A DNA stretch of 64,000 nt from Spirochaetia bacterium (GTDB taxonomy: Bacteria > Spirochaetota > Spirochaetia > UBA9216). The stretch's first letter is position 1. Every line of letters starts with the position of its first letter. The DNA lies in contig CAXXYH010000004.1 in assembly GCA_963677925.2 (NCBI GenBank), positions 736,001 to 800,000 of the forward strand, in the 5' to 3' direction. The translations under genes were made by a program, and so were the position numbers. The notes beneath the pieces were generated by a model, which saw nothing but the letters and a program-made list of their open reading frames with translations, ran no database searches and was not told the DNA's origin. Shown here piece after piece: positions 38,385 to 48,050 of this stretch.

Positions 38385-38993
38385 ATGAAGATTGCTGTTT
38401 TGTTTTATTCGACCTATGGTCATAATTATGCTATGGCTGCAGCTGCAGCAGAAGGTTTAAAGAAAGAAGGAGTAGAAGTAGATCTGCTCAGAGTACCCGA
38501 GACCCTGTCTGATGACATTCTTGAAAAAATGGGAGCGATTGAAGCTCAGAAAGCATTTGCGGATGTTCCGCTGGTTGATGTTGAAAAACTTCCTGAATAT
38601 GACGGGTTTGTATTTTCATTTCCGACAAGATTCGGAAATATGCCTGCCCAGTTCAAGGCCTTTGTTGATGCTACCGGTGGTTTATGGCAGTCCGGAGCCC
38701 TGGTAGGTAAACCCTACGGACTGATTGCCGGTTCGGCCACCCAGCACAGCGGGCAGGAATCTACTCTCCTGACATCGATGGTTCCCTTTCTTCATCATGG
38801 AATGATCTTTGTCGGTCTTCCGCAGACTGAACCCCTGCTTTTCAACAGTTCCGAGGTAGAGGGAGGTTCCTTTTACGGAGCAACCACTGTATCTGCCGGT
38901 GATGGTTCAAGACTGCCCAGTGATTCAGAGAAACAGCTTGCATCCATTCTTGCAGTCAGGGTAGGTAAGATCGCAGCCAAGCTGGCAGCATGA
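38385..38993 (+). CDS. wrbA: NAD(P)H:quinone oxidoreductase WrbA
   Basis: FYSTYGH, VPETL, PTRFGNM, DATGGLW..GALVGK, TQHSGQESTL and HHGM. Confidence 0.93.
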   Translation: MKIAVLFYSTYGHNYAMAAAAAEGLKKEGVEVDLLRVPETLSDDILEKMGAIEAQKAFADVPLVDVEKLPEYDGFVFSFPTRFGNMPAQFKAFVDATGGLWQSGALVGKPYGLIAGSATQHSGQESTLLTSMVPFLHHGMIFVGLPQTEPLLFNSSEVEGGSFYGATTVSAGDGSRLPSDSEKQLASILAVRVGKIAAKLAA

Positions 38994-39015
38994 ACAGACT
39001 GCTGCGTATAGCTTT

Positions 39016-39045
39016 AAAAAAGCCGGATAATTCCGGCTTTTTTTT
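39016..39045. terminator. Bidirectional terminator between wrbA and trxA
   Basis: AAAAAAGCCGGA-TAAT-TCCGGCTTTTTTT. Confidence 0.85.
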
Positions 39046-39358
39046 ATGGAAGATTGCGATCCAGTTCTGCTTTAAGTGATTCGTAGGGATAAGCTCCTTC
39101 AAGACGCATGAGCTGCTTTCCTTTGTGAAAAAGCATGATAGTGGGTATTGAAACTATGGAATACTGGTATGCTATATTCTGTTTTTTTTCGGTATTTACC
39201 TTAACTGTTGTGATTTTCCCCTTGTATTCTTTAGCCAGTCTTTCAATTACGGGACTTACCATTTTGCAAGGGCCGCACCAGTCGGCGTAGAAATCAACAA
39301 GTACCGGAAGATTATTAGTTTTAACAAGTTCCTCAAAACTGTCGGCTATTTGAGACAT
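39044..39358 (-). CDS. trxA: Thioredoxin
   Basis: VDFYADWCGPCK active site; SIPT. Confidence 0.95.
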   Translation of the reverse strand: MSQIADSFEELVKTNNLPVLVDFYADWCGPCKMVSPVIERLAKEYKGKITTVKVNTEKKQNIAYQYSIVSIPTIMLFHKGKQLMRLEGAYPYESLKAELDRNLP

Positions 39359-39430
39359 ATTACCTCCTGTCTGTATATGTTTATTTTAATATACTAAAAA
39401 TAAAGGAAGGCGACAAACACGGTCTGATAA

Positions 39431-39826
39431 TTATACCTGCGGAATTATTTCTTCTACAGCCGAGATAAGCTGCGAGTTTCTCCAGGGTTTTATCAGTATT
39501 CTGTCGGCAAGATTTTCTTTTTCCACAGCTTCAAGCGCGTCTTTAGCCGCATGACCGGTAATCATCATTGTTTTTATATCCGGATTGATATTTCGAATCT
39601 TACGAAGGAACTCGTCACCCTTCATTCCCGGCATAAGCCAGTCTGAAATAACCAGAATAAGAGTTACTCCTTCATAAGTAAGATCATTTACTATCTCAAG
39701 GGCTTCCTCAGCATTCAGAGCTGTTTCATAAAGAAACCGTGTTTTGAAATGATTTTTAAGTTCCTGTTTGATTGACATTAGGATAATGGCTTCGTCATCT
39801 ACACAAAGTATAGCCTTTTTGTTCAC
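39431..39826 (-). CDS. Single-domain response regulator
   Basis: ILCVDDE, ISDWLMPGMKG, ITG and KPW. Confidence 0.92.
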   Translation of the reverse strand: MNKKAILCVDDEAIILMSIKQELKNHFKTRFLYETALNAEEALEIVNDLTYEGVTLILVISDWLMPGMKGDEFLRKIRNINPDIKTMMITGHAAKDALEAVEKENLADRILIKPWRNSQLISAVEEIIPQV

Positions 39827-42111
39827 TTTTTCACTCCTGTACTCTGTAAGAGTCGCGGCAGGTAGACCGAGAATACTGTTTCGCCTGGCCGGCTTGTAAA
39901 CTCTATTCTTCCCTCATGCTCCTCGATAATTTTTCGGCATATATCAAGTCCTAATCCTGTACCCTCACCTTCCGATTTGGTTGTGAAGAAGGGGTCAAAA
40001 ATCCGGCTCTGCATATTTTCAGGTATCCCGTGCCCGTCATCTTTAATGGATACGCAGATGAATTCTCCCTCATCCCTTACCTCAATGCCCAGTAAACCCT
40101 TATATTCAATCGCATGGAGGCTGTTGTTGATAAGGTTTATCCAAACCTGATTAAGTTTATCACGGTTTCCGGAAACGGTGGTTGCGGTTTTGTACTCTTT
40201 ATTTAATGTTACATTTTTTTTAATCTGATTGTAATAAAGGATCAGAATGTTATCTATTTCGCTGCATATATCCACTTCGGTAAATGATTCATCAGGGGTG
40301 CTGTGTATATAGCCGGACAGTGCGGAGATTGTTGAAACAGCCTTGCGTGATGCCTGCTGTATTATATAAAGTCCCCGCATTACTGATATTATTACGACAG
40401 CTGCATCTATCAGTTTTCTGTCGCCGTTCTTAATCAGTTCGATGATTCGGGCCTGATCCCCGGCTGCTCCCATGGTTTCCAGTTCATCAGCTAGGTTCTC
40501 TGCATCCTCAACACCAAGTTCAGTCAGAATTTTAGCCATGGAACGCTTTCGCTTACGATCAGGGATATGCTGTATATCCAGGGCAGCCTTACGGCCCGTA
40601 TTCTCCAGCTCTTTAAGAATTTCCAGTTCATCCGGGTTTAGATTGCTGGTCTGCTCCGGCAGTCCGATTATGGTATCTATTCCATCTTCGATTATGTATG
40701 AGATCGAAGAGTCAATCGCCCCAAGCGGCGTGTTGAGTTCATGTGCAATGTTAGCCATCAGATTTCCCAGAACTGCAAGTTTTTCTGAGTGAATCAGTGA
40801 TTCCTGCGAAGAATTCAGATCCTGAATGGTTTTATTTAACTCTGAAGTCCGCTCGCTTACCATTTTTTCAAGATTTCTGTTTGCTGACTCATGCTGTTCA
40901 AGAAGTTCCTTGACCCTGGCTGTCATAGTGTTAAAGGATTCGATCAGTAAATCAAGTTCGTTATTGTACTTGTTATCAAATCGTAAATTAAAGCGGCCAG
41001 CTGATATCAGCTGTACTTTCTGGGTTATTTCCAGTATAGGCTTACTGAGTGTCTTTGATGCGATATAGATTGCTGTAAGCATAATCATGAAGGTTACAAT
41101 CCCGAAGAATATCTGATACTCGACTATTGTATTCAAATTTTTATACAGGTGTGAGTTCGGCATTATTGTGGCCACATACCAGGTGTTTCCCGCATCATCA
41201 ATCCTTATAGGGTTAAGGTTTACTCTGGCCGGCGATCCGTCAGATGTTGGCATGTTTGTCAGGGAAAACGGGACTTTATTTTTAAATCCGTCTGTTACAG
41301 ATTTATACTCACCTGGATTCAAAAGATTTGAGATTGGAGTTCCCAGCTGAGTTCGCTCAGGGTGGGAGAGTCTGACGGCAGATTCTGAATCTATTAAAAC
41401 AATATAACCATTATTGGGGATTTCAAAACTGTTAATCAGATCCTGAATCTGATTAAGTGAAACATCGGCACCTGCCACCCCAAGAAACCTGTCTTCGATA
41501 ACAACCGGAACACATAGACTTGTTTCAAGCACAGCATCTTCAATATCCCCTGTATAGGACCACCAGTAAGGTTTTATCACAGTAGATTTTCTGTTTGTCC
41601 GGGGGACGGTATAAAAATCTCCATTGTAGGCTTCGTTTGTTATTTCCCCCTGCACCAGTTCGCCGTCATCGAAGTACCATGTTGTGTTAAAACCGCCGTT
41701 GGGTGCTGATAATACGCTACCGTAGTATTCATTTTCATTGTCTTCTATTGCGCCGGGTTCCATCTGCAGCCATACAGCATGGAATTCTCCCTCATGATAG
41801 GATAATGTCTCACGTACGATATTAGATAAGAAGGGCCGTCTTATTTCGGCAGGAAGATTTTGATAGCCTCCGGCAATTGAGGCCACAGTCTTTACAGATG
41901 AAAAATAATCATCCAGCAGGCTTTCAATTCTTTCAGTATAAAGTACGCCAAGCAGATCCATCCGTTCATGAATATCGTTTCGAAGTACAGTATCGGTTTG
42001 TTTTGCACTGATGAAGACCATCGCTGAAAGCGGAAGCAGTGAAGCGATGCCGATAATTAACAGCATTCTGGAAAAAAAACCTGACTTTATAAACTTGATT
42101 TTTGGCGACAT
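39823..42111 (-). CDS. Sensor histidine kinase with dCache and HAMP domains
   Basis: IAHELNTPLGAI, NQVWINLINNS, DDGHG and FDPFFTTK..GEGTGLGL; periplasmic Cache-like region. Confidence 0.92.
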   Translation of the reverse strand: MSPKIKFIKSGFFSRMLLIIGIASLLPLSAMVFISAKQTDTVLRNDIHERMDLLGVLYTERIESLLDDYFSSVKTVASIAGGYQNLPAEIRRPFLSNIVRETLSYHEGEFHAVWLQMEPGAIEDNENEYYGSVLSAPNGGFNTTWYFDDGELVQGEITNEAYNGDFYTVPRTNRKSTVIKPYWWSYTGDIEDAVLETSLCVPVVIEDRFLGVAGADVSLNQIQDLINSFEIPNNGYIVLIDSESAVRLSHPERTQLGTPISNLLNPGEYKSVTDGFKNKVPFSLTNMPTSDGSPARVNLNPIRIDDAGNTWYVATIMPNSHLYKNLNTIVEYQIFFGIVTFMIMLTAIYIASKTLSKPILEITQKVQLISAGRFNLRFDNKYNNELDLLIESFNTMTARVKELLEQHESANRNLEKMVSERTSELNKTIQDLNSSQESLIHSEKLAVLGNLMANIAHELNTPLGAIDSSISYIIEDGIDTIIGLPEQTSNLNPDELEILKELENTGRKAALDIQHIPDRKRKRSMAKILTELGVEDAENLADELETMGAAGDQARIIELIKNGDRKLIDAAVVIISVMRGLYIIQQASRKAVSTISALSGYIHSTPDESFTEVDICSEIDNILILYYNQIKKNVTLNKEYKTATTVSGNRDKLNQVWINLINNSLHAIEYKGLLGIEVRDEGEFICVSIKDDGHGIPENMQSRIFDPFFTTKSEGEGTGLGLDICRKIIEEHEGRIEFTSRPGETVFSVYLPRLLQSTGVKK

Positions 42112-42176
42112 TAATTAAATAATATATTTTCCGCAGTTTATTATCAAATATTTTATTTAAATAAAAAAGAGGGTTT

Positions 42177-42728
42177 ATGAAAGTAACGATTCTTGATGGA
42201 CGCTCTTCAGTTGATAGTTCTGATTATGAAAGACAGTTAGCTGCAATCCTGTCCGATATGCAGAAGCATTATGATGTCGAGATTTACTCTATAAATGATA
42301 TGAATTTAAAATACTGTACAGGCTGCTGGAGCTGCTGGTGGAAAACACCTGGCGAGTGCTCTATAAAAGACGGTGCAGATGCAATTTTTAAGTCGGTAAT
42401 ACATTCCGATTTTCTGCTTCTGGCTTCCCCGATGATTGCAGGCTTTGTATCCTCTGAACTTAAAAAAATAATGGACAGGCTTATAGTACTTCTCCACCCG
42501 TACATTCAGATGATAAACGGTGAATCTCATCACAATAAAAGATATGATTCATATCCTTCACTGGGAGTTCTTCTTGCCCGGGAAGCCGGTTCAGACGAAG
42601 AGGATATGAAGATTACCGAAGGTCTGTTTAAAAGGTTTTCACTGAATTTTCACGGAGAGTTGAAATTTGTCCGATGGATTGAAGACTGGAATATAGAGGG
42701 GTTTGATAATGAAACTGCTGGCTGTTAA
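42177..42728 (+). CDS. Flavodoxin-fold protein with iron-sulfur flavoprotein Cys motif
   Basis: CTGCWSCWWKTPGECSIKD (CX2CX2CX7C); LASP. Confidence 0.8.
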   Translation: MKVTILDGRSSVDSSDYERQLAAILSDMQKHYDVEIYSINDMNLKYCTGCWSCWWKTPGECSIKDGADAIFKSVIHSDFLLLASPMIAGFVSSELKKIMDRLIVLLHPYIQMINGESHHNKRYDSYPSLGVLLAREAGSDEEDMKITEGLFKRFSLNFHGELKFVRWIEDWNIEGFDNETAGC

Positions 42729-43386
42729 TGGATCTCCGCGCGGAAAAAACTCCAATTCCTCAATATTGCTTAATAACTTTCTGGAAGGGTATAAAGACTC
42801 AGCAGAAGCGGACGCTGCCGGGGCTGAAGGTCTGGAACTGGTTTATCTTCATAACAGCAGGGCGAGAGAGGCTGCCTTTTCCGCTTTGGAAAGTGCCGAT
42901 GTTCTTGTTCTCTGCTTTCCTCTGTATACCGATGCAATGCCTGGAATAACCAAGGCCTTCATTGAGTACTTATTTAAGAGGCGGCCGGCATTACTTAAAA
43001 CAGCCGGTTTTATAGTTCATTCCGGTTTTCCCGAATCCGCCCAGTCTTTTAATGTTGAGGCATACCTTGAAAGGCTCTGCAGGCGGATGGACATTGATTA
43101 TTCGGGTACAATTATCAAGGGCGGTTCAGAAGGCCTCCGGCTTATGCCGCCGGCAGCAAACCGGAAACTGTTTGACCGCTTAAACAGAGCAGGCAGGTAT
43201 TTTGCAGAACACGGCAAATTTGATCCGGTGCTCGTTGAAGAGATAAAAAGGCCTTACAGGCTGAATATTTTTGCAAGAACGGGTTATCGGTTATTAAGTT
43301 ATACCGGACTGACTAATTTCTACTGGAATATGAACCTGAAGCAGAACGGCGTCTACAAACAGCGTAATGCCAGACCCTTCGCTTAG
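42709..43386 (+). CDS. NAD(P)H-dependent FMN oxidoreductase (flavodoxin fold)
   Basis: NGSPRGKNSNS, FPLYTDAMPG and HSGFPE; overlaps the upstream gene. Confidence 0.8.
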   Translation: MKLLAVNGSPRGKNSNSSILLNNFLEGYKDSAEADAAGAEGLELVYLHNSRAREAAFSALESADVLVLCFPLYTDAMPGITKAFIEYLFKRRPALLKTAGFIVHSGFPESAQSFNVEAYLERLCRRMDIDYSGTIIKGGSEGLRLMPPAANRKLFDRLNRAGRYFAEHGKFDPVLVEEIKRPYRLNIFARTGYRLLSYTGLTNFYWNMNLKQNGVYKQRNARPFA

Positions 43387-44843
43387 AAGGGTCCGAAGCC
43401 TATCAGTACCGCAAATCCGAGAAATACTGAAGTTACCGCAAGCATTATCAGCTGCAGCGGAAATGTCCATCTAACCCAGCGGGGATAGCTTACAACTGTA
43501 AATCCCAGTGCAATTAAAAGCAGTGCATTTGACGGAAAAAACATATTGCTGAAACCGTCCCCGAAGTCAAAGGCCAGAACTGCCGTCTGTCTTGTTATTC
43601 CAACCAGATCGGAAAGCGGGCTGAGTATCGGCATCATCAGGAAAGCCTTTGCCGAAGCAGAGCCAATGAAAAAGTTCATGAGCAGGGTGATAAGATAGAT
43701 CATGAAAGCCGCTCCCATTTTCGGGGTGCTTGCAATCCATGTCGCAGCCGAGTAGAGGATAGTGTCTGTTATCATCCCCTTATCAATAATGTGCTTTACG
43801 CTGTAAGCCATCATGATAAGCAGTATTCCAGGAAGCATTCCTGCCATTCCGCTGAAAAATGATTTGGCAATCTTTCCAGCCTTAAGGCCGGCGAATATTC
43901 CGGAACCTATACCGCCTATAAAAAACATCAGGCCCATAAGCGGGAAAGCCAGATCGCTGATGGCCGGAATTATCGAAGTCAGAATAACAAAGGCAATCGC
44001 AATACCCATGCATGATCCGAACCATATAAGGGCTTTCTTCATTCCGGGGTTCTTAACTGAATCCTTTTCCGATTCCGAGTTAAGCTTATGCGCCGCGATA
44101 AGAGGAAGGTCTTCCTTATGGACAAGCGATTTTGACGGGTCTTTCTCAATCTTTTTTGCGTAGCGTGAAACGAAGAAAAACAGGATGAAGTAAACAACAA
44201 TAAAAAATATTATCCGCAGCCAGGACCCTGAAAAAAGAGGAAGCTCAGCTATACCCTGTGCAACAGCGATTGTGAAAGGATTGGTAACGGCAGATGCAAA
44301 TCCGAAGGCCAGAGGCAGAAGGCTTATTCCCAGGCCGGTAAGCGAGTCCCAGCCCAGCGAGTAGGCAAGCGGAACAATAAAGATAATCAGCGGAACAAGC
44401 CCTTCATAGATTCCCAGAAATGCGGCAAGGAACATGAAAAGAAATATCATGATTCCCATCAGGAGGTATTTCCTGTTTATAAAGCGTTCAACCATCAGGC
44501 TTAGAAGATCCTTCATAACACCTGACCCCTCCAGTATTGCAATTGATCCCCCTACAAAAACAATGAAGAGCATGATGGTTATAATTGCTGCGTTATTAGG
44601 CGGACCAAGGACTTCCAGCGGAGCTGTGAACCAGCGCCATACCGGATAGTCGGGTTTTTCTATCTGATGGTATGAATCAGGAACTATCAGAACCCTGCCT
44701 TCAGATTCATAACGTTCATACTGCCCGGAAGGAAGAATCATGGTTAAAATACCTGACACTATCATCAGCACAAGAATTATCCCCGCGGCTGCAAGAAATG
44801 CGTTCTTTCCTATTTTAAGACTGGATTTCGCTGTGTTGTCCAT
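43383..44843 (-). CDS. YfcC-family (basic amino acid / C4-dicarboxylate) transporter
   Basis: PSGQYER, TNPFTIAVAQGIAELP.FSG, MPILSPLSDLVG and AFDFGDGFSNM. Confidence 0.85.
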   Translation of the reverse strand: MDNTAKSSLKIGKNAFLAAAGIILVLMIVSGILTMILPSGQYERYESEGRVLIVPDSYHQIEKPDYPVWRWFTAPLEVLGPPNNAAIITIMLFIVFVGGSIAILEGSGVMKDLLSLMVERFINRKYLLMGIMIFLFMFLAAFLGIYEGLVPLIIFIVPLAYSLGWDSLTGLGISLLPLAFGFASAVTNPFTIAVAQGIAELPLFSGSWLRIIFFIVVYFILFFFVSRYAKKIEKDPSKSLVHKEDLPLIAAHKLNSESEKDSVKNPGMKKALIWFGSCMGIAIAFVILTSIIPAISDLAFPLMGLMFFIGGIGSGIFAGLKAGKIAKSFFSGMAGMLPGILLIMMAYSVKHIIDKGMITDTILYSAATWIASTPKMGAAFMIYLITLLMNFFIGSASAKAFLMMPILSPLSDLVGITRQTAVLAFDFGDGFSNMFFPSNALLLIALGFTVVSYPRWVRWTFPLQLIMLAVTSVFLGFAVLIGFGPF

Positions 44844-46288
44844 TATTTCTCTCCGTTTATTTTCTGGAACATTGTTTTATAGAATCTGATTACAAGTCCG
44901 TAGTTTTCAAGGCTGATTTTCTCGTTTGAGGCGTGTATGCTTTCAACGTCTTCAGGCTGTAATATCATGGGTGCAAGCCTGTAAATATTTTCGCAGCATT
45001 CGATATATGCCTTTGAATCGGTAGTTCCTGTATTCAGGTAGGGCAGGATTAGTGCGTCGGGCACCGTTTCAGAAATCACCCTGCTGATAATTTTATAGCC
45101 CTGTCCTCTTGTGCTCGATTCTGAAACAGGATTGTTTGCAGAATCGGGATTAAGCAGACTCACCTCAATGCTGTCGTCTTTAATAACTTTTCTGATTCCT
45201 GCAAGAACTGTTTCAAGTGTATCGCCCGAGAGCACCCTGGTATTTATGACGGCGGTTGCAGTTTCAGCCAGGACGTTTTCCTTGCTGCTGCCCTTTATCA
45301 TTGTCGGGGCGGTTGTTGTTCGAAGCAGTGCCGCCGACTGCGGACTTTTAGCCATAACGAATTTTATAATCGGACCGAAAAGCCATAAGTTGGCAAGAAC
45401 AACCTTCATCCATGATTCTGATCCGGATGACATTCCTGAAAACATCTTCCGGGTTGTTTTTATCCACCTCATTGGGAAGGGGTTTTTCTCGATTCTTGTT
45501 ACGGCCCGGGCTATCCGGCCTGTTGCTGTGATTGCGGGAGGCATTGCTGCATGACCGCCCTTTGCTTCTGTCTTTAGAAGAATATCCGCATACCCCTTTT
45601 CGGCTGTACCGATAAGCGCAAGTTTGCGGTTGACTCCCTTTATTATGCCGTCTGCAATAATGGAACCTTCGTCATGCAGCCACTCAAACCTTATTCCCTG
45701 TGATTTAATGTGTGCTGCTATTTTAACAGCGCCGAGGTGGCCTTCTGTTTCCTCATCTCCTCCAAAGGCGAAGTAGGTATCTCTTTTGGGAATAAAACCT
45801 TCTTTGCAGAGGCTTTCGGCTGCTTCAAGCATTCCCATCAAAGTGTTTTTTGTATCGAGAGTTCCTCTTCCCCATATATATCCGTCTATAATTTTTCCGT
45901 CAAAGGGCGGGTGGGTCCATTTTGAATCATCTGCCGGCACTACATCATAGTGGGCGATGAATAAAAGTGCTTTCTGCTTTTCTGAGCGTCCAGGCCATTT
46001 ATATATGATTCCGTAATCACTTAGAAGGGTTCTTTCTGCAGTGCTGTGAAAGGCTGGAAAGCTGTCCTTCAGGAATTTCTGAAATTCCCTGTGCTTTTCC
46101 AGATCATTGAGCGAATAATCGGAGTGGGATACCGTTTTTATCCTTACAGCCTTCGCCAGCCTTTCAGCGGCTTCGTTTGTACAGGCCTCGGGCTTGTATT
46201 CTGAGTAAGAGCCGGTTCTGGCTGTTATCAGGGTCTTAAGGCAAATTAAAATTATAAGGGCTACAATAACTGCGGGAATACTAAACAT
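44843..46288 (-). CDS. M20-family metallopeptidase / amidohydrolase with N-terminal membrane anchor
   Basis: AHYDVVP, GRGTLDTK, GDEE, DEG, GGHAAMP and IHASNE. Start chosen 7 nt after TATAAT. Confidence 0.88.
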   Translation of the reverse strand: MFSIPAVIVALIILICLKTLITARTGSYSEYKPEACTNEAAERLAKAVRIKTVSHSDYSLNDLEKHREFQKFLKDSFPAFHSTAERTLLSDYGIIYKWPGRSEKQKALLFIAHYDVVPADDSKWTHPPFDGKIIDGYIWGRGTLDTKNTLMGMLEAAESLCKEGFIPKRDTYFAFGGDEETEGHLGAVKIAAHIKSQGIRFEWLHDEGSIIADGIIKGVNRKLALIGTAEKGYADILLKTEAKGGHAAMPPAITATGRIARAVTRIEKNPFPMRWIKTTRKMFSGMSSGSESWMKVVLANLWLFGPIIKFVMAKSPQSAALLRTTTAPTMIKGSSKENVLAETATAVINTRVLSGDTLETVLAGIRKVIKDDSIEVSLLNPDSANNPVSESSTRGQGYKIISRVISETVPDALILPYLNTGTTDSKAYIECCENIYRLAPMILQPEDVESIHASNEKISLENYGLVIRFYKTMFQKINGEK

Positions 46289-46341
46289 GGTCATTATTAT
46301 AATCACTATCCTGAAAAATGGATATTACGAAAATCTTTTTG

Positions 46342-46370
46342 TTGACAGCCGGAAAAAGCAGTGATAATAT
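46342..46370 (+). promoter_or_regulatory. Sigma70 promoter of the TRAP/uxu operon
   Basis: TTGACA-17 bp-TAATAT. Confidence 0.65.
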
Positions 46371-46385
46371 CTTTTCTAATATTAC

Positions 46386-46399
46386 ACTGATATATCAGT
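46386..46399. promoter_or_regulatory. Palindromic operator, probably for the operon's GntR regulator
   Basis: ACTGATATATCAGT, perfect palindrome just downstream of the promoter. Confidence 0.6.
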
Positions 46400-46520
46400 T
46401 AGATATAAGTTGACTATCAATCATGCAAATAGTAGTAAATATGGACGCAGAATAATGGTTCTTTTGAGATCCGCTTTCTGTTCCATTAAAATAAATCTTA
46501 AGAAAGGATCGAGGAGAAAA

Positions 46521-47522
46521 ATGAAAAAAACACTTGCTCTCTTAATCTGTCTTATGCTGGTTGGCGCAATGGCGTTTGCAAGCGGAGACAGCGAAGGTTC
46601 AGACGGTGCAAAAAAAATCAAAGCAAATATTGCTTCAGTTTATCCGCCGGATTCACCGGTAGATAAGGCACTTAACATGTTCAGGGATACTGTTGCTGAG
46701 AAATCAAACGGCAGAATCGAAATTCTTATTCACCCGGCAAGCGCAATGGGAAGTGAAGTTCAGACAATCGAGATGATTGCTGACGGATCTGTTGAAATTG
46801 CGGCAATCGGCGGAACTGATGCCTACATGTATTTCCCGAAAGTAGCTACAGTTGAACAGCCGTTTATGATTGCTTCTGTAGATGAGTTCTGGAAATACTG
46901 GAACGGCGAACCCGGTCAGAAAATGCTTAAATCTCTTCAGGAAGAGCATGGTATCCGAGCTGAAGGCATTATTTACAGAGGTGCACGATACCTGACTTCA
47001 AATACACCTGTAAGAACAATCGAAGACCTTAAAGGTCTTAAGATGAGACTCCCCTCTGTTGCTCCCTGGATTAAGGTATGGGAAGGTCTTGGCGCATTTC
47101 CTTCAACCATCGATTTCGGTGAAGTTTACCTTGCTCTTAAAACCGGAGTTATTGAGGCACAGGAAAACCCTGCAGAGACAATTCTCAATTACAAGTTTTA
47201 TGAAGTTCAGAAATACCTGATTGCCACACAGCATGTATATACAACAGGAAAGGTTGTGACTTCAGACAAATGGTGGAATACCCTTTCTGCTGAAGATCAG
47301 GCACTTCTTGATGAAGCTTTTGCTGAAGCAATCGCTTATGGAAATGAACTTACTGCTGCCGGTGATGCTGCATTTGTTGCTGAACTGCAGGACCTCGGTA
47401 TGGAACTGATTACAGTTGACAACGAAGCTTTCAAAAAGGCTGCTGCTCCTATTCAGGATGAGATTGCACATCAGATGTGGGATTATGATACCTATCTGGA
47501 CCTTGTAGAGGCTATGAAATAA
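46521..47522 (+). CDS. dctP: TRAP transporter substrate-binding protein DctP
   Basis: Signal peptide AMAFASGDSE; DLKGLKMR, EVYLALKTGVIEAQENP and FYEVQKY. ATG after GAGGAG. Confidence 0.92.
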   Translation: MKKTLALLICLMLVGAMAFASGDSEGSDGAKKIKANIASVYPPDSPVDKALNMFRDTVAEKSNGRIEILIHPASAMGSEVQTIEMIADGSVEIAAIGGTDAYMYFPKVATVEQPFMIASVDEFWKYWNGEPGQKMLKSLQEEHGIRAEGIIYRGARYLTSNTPVRTIEDLKGLKMRLPSVAPWIKVWEGLGAFPSTIDFGEVYLALKTGVIEAQENPAETILNYKFYEVQKYLIATQHVYTTGKVVTSDKWWNTLSAEDQALLDEAFAEAIAYGNELTAAGDAAFVAELQDLGMELITVDNEAFKKAAAPIQDEIAHQMWDYDTYLDLVEAMK

Positions 47523-47534
47523 TTTAGTAATTTT

Positions 47535-47570
47535 ATCCGTCCGGTTCTTCACCGGGCCGGACGGATTTTT
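47535..47570 (+). terminator. Stem-loop between dctP and dctQ (partial terminator or stabiliser)
   Basis: ATCCGTCCGGT...GCCGGACGGATTTTT. Confidence 0.6.
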
Positions 47571-47594
47571 AAATGATCCTTACATTGGGGAGAC

Positions 47595-48050
47595 ATGGAT
47601 TTGAGAAAATTTCTGGAAAGGCTTAACGGCCTTGTTTTATTTATTCTGCTTATAGTTACCGTGCTTATGGTGTTTTTCAGGATGGTGCTGCAGCAGTCTG
47701 CGGCCTGGGGTGAAGGCCTGGGGCAGATGGGCCTTGTTCTTATATGTTTTATCGGTTCAGCAGCTATCATGAAAGATGAATCACATATAAAGATAACAAT
47801 TTTATCCGACAGGTTGCACGGTAAGAAGAAGATTATACTCAACACTTTTAACAGAATTTGTACCCTGGCATTTCTGGCAGTTTTTGTTATCGGTTCATAT
47901 CAGTCTACATTAAAAAACTGGACAGTAAACGATCCGATTATTTCCTGGATGAAATCAGGATACTTATACCTGGTACTCCTGTTATCCGGTGTCATTATGG
48001 CAGTCTACACAGTCATAAACGCTGTCAGTGAATTTAAGGAGTCTGAATAA
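47595..48050 (+). CDS. dctQ: TRAP small permease DctQ
   Basis: Four TM; W.E...FIGSA.....SHI motif. Confidence 0.85.
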   Translation: MDLRKFLERLNGLVLFILLIVTVLMVFFRMVLQQSAAWGEGLGQMGLVLICFIGSAAIMKDESHIKITILSDRLHGKKKIILNTFNRICTLAFLAVFVIGSYQSTLKNWTVNDPIISWMKSGYLYLVLLLSGVIMAVYTVINAVSEFKESE

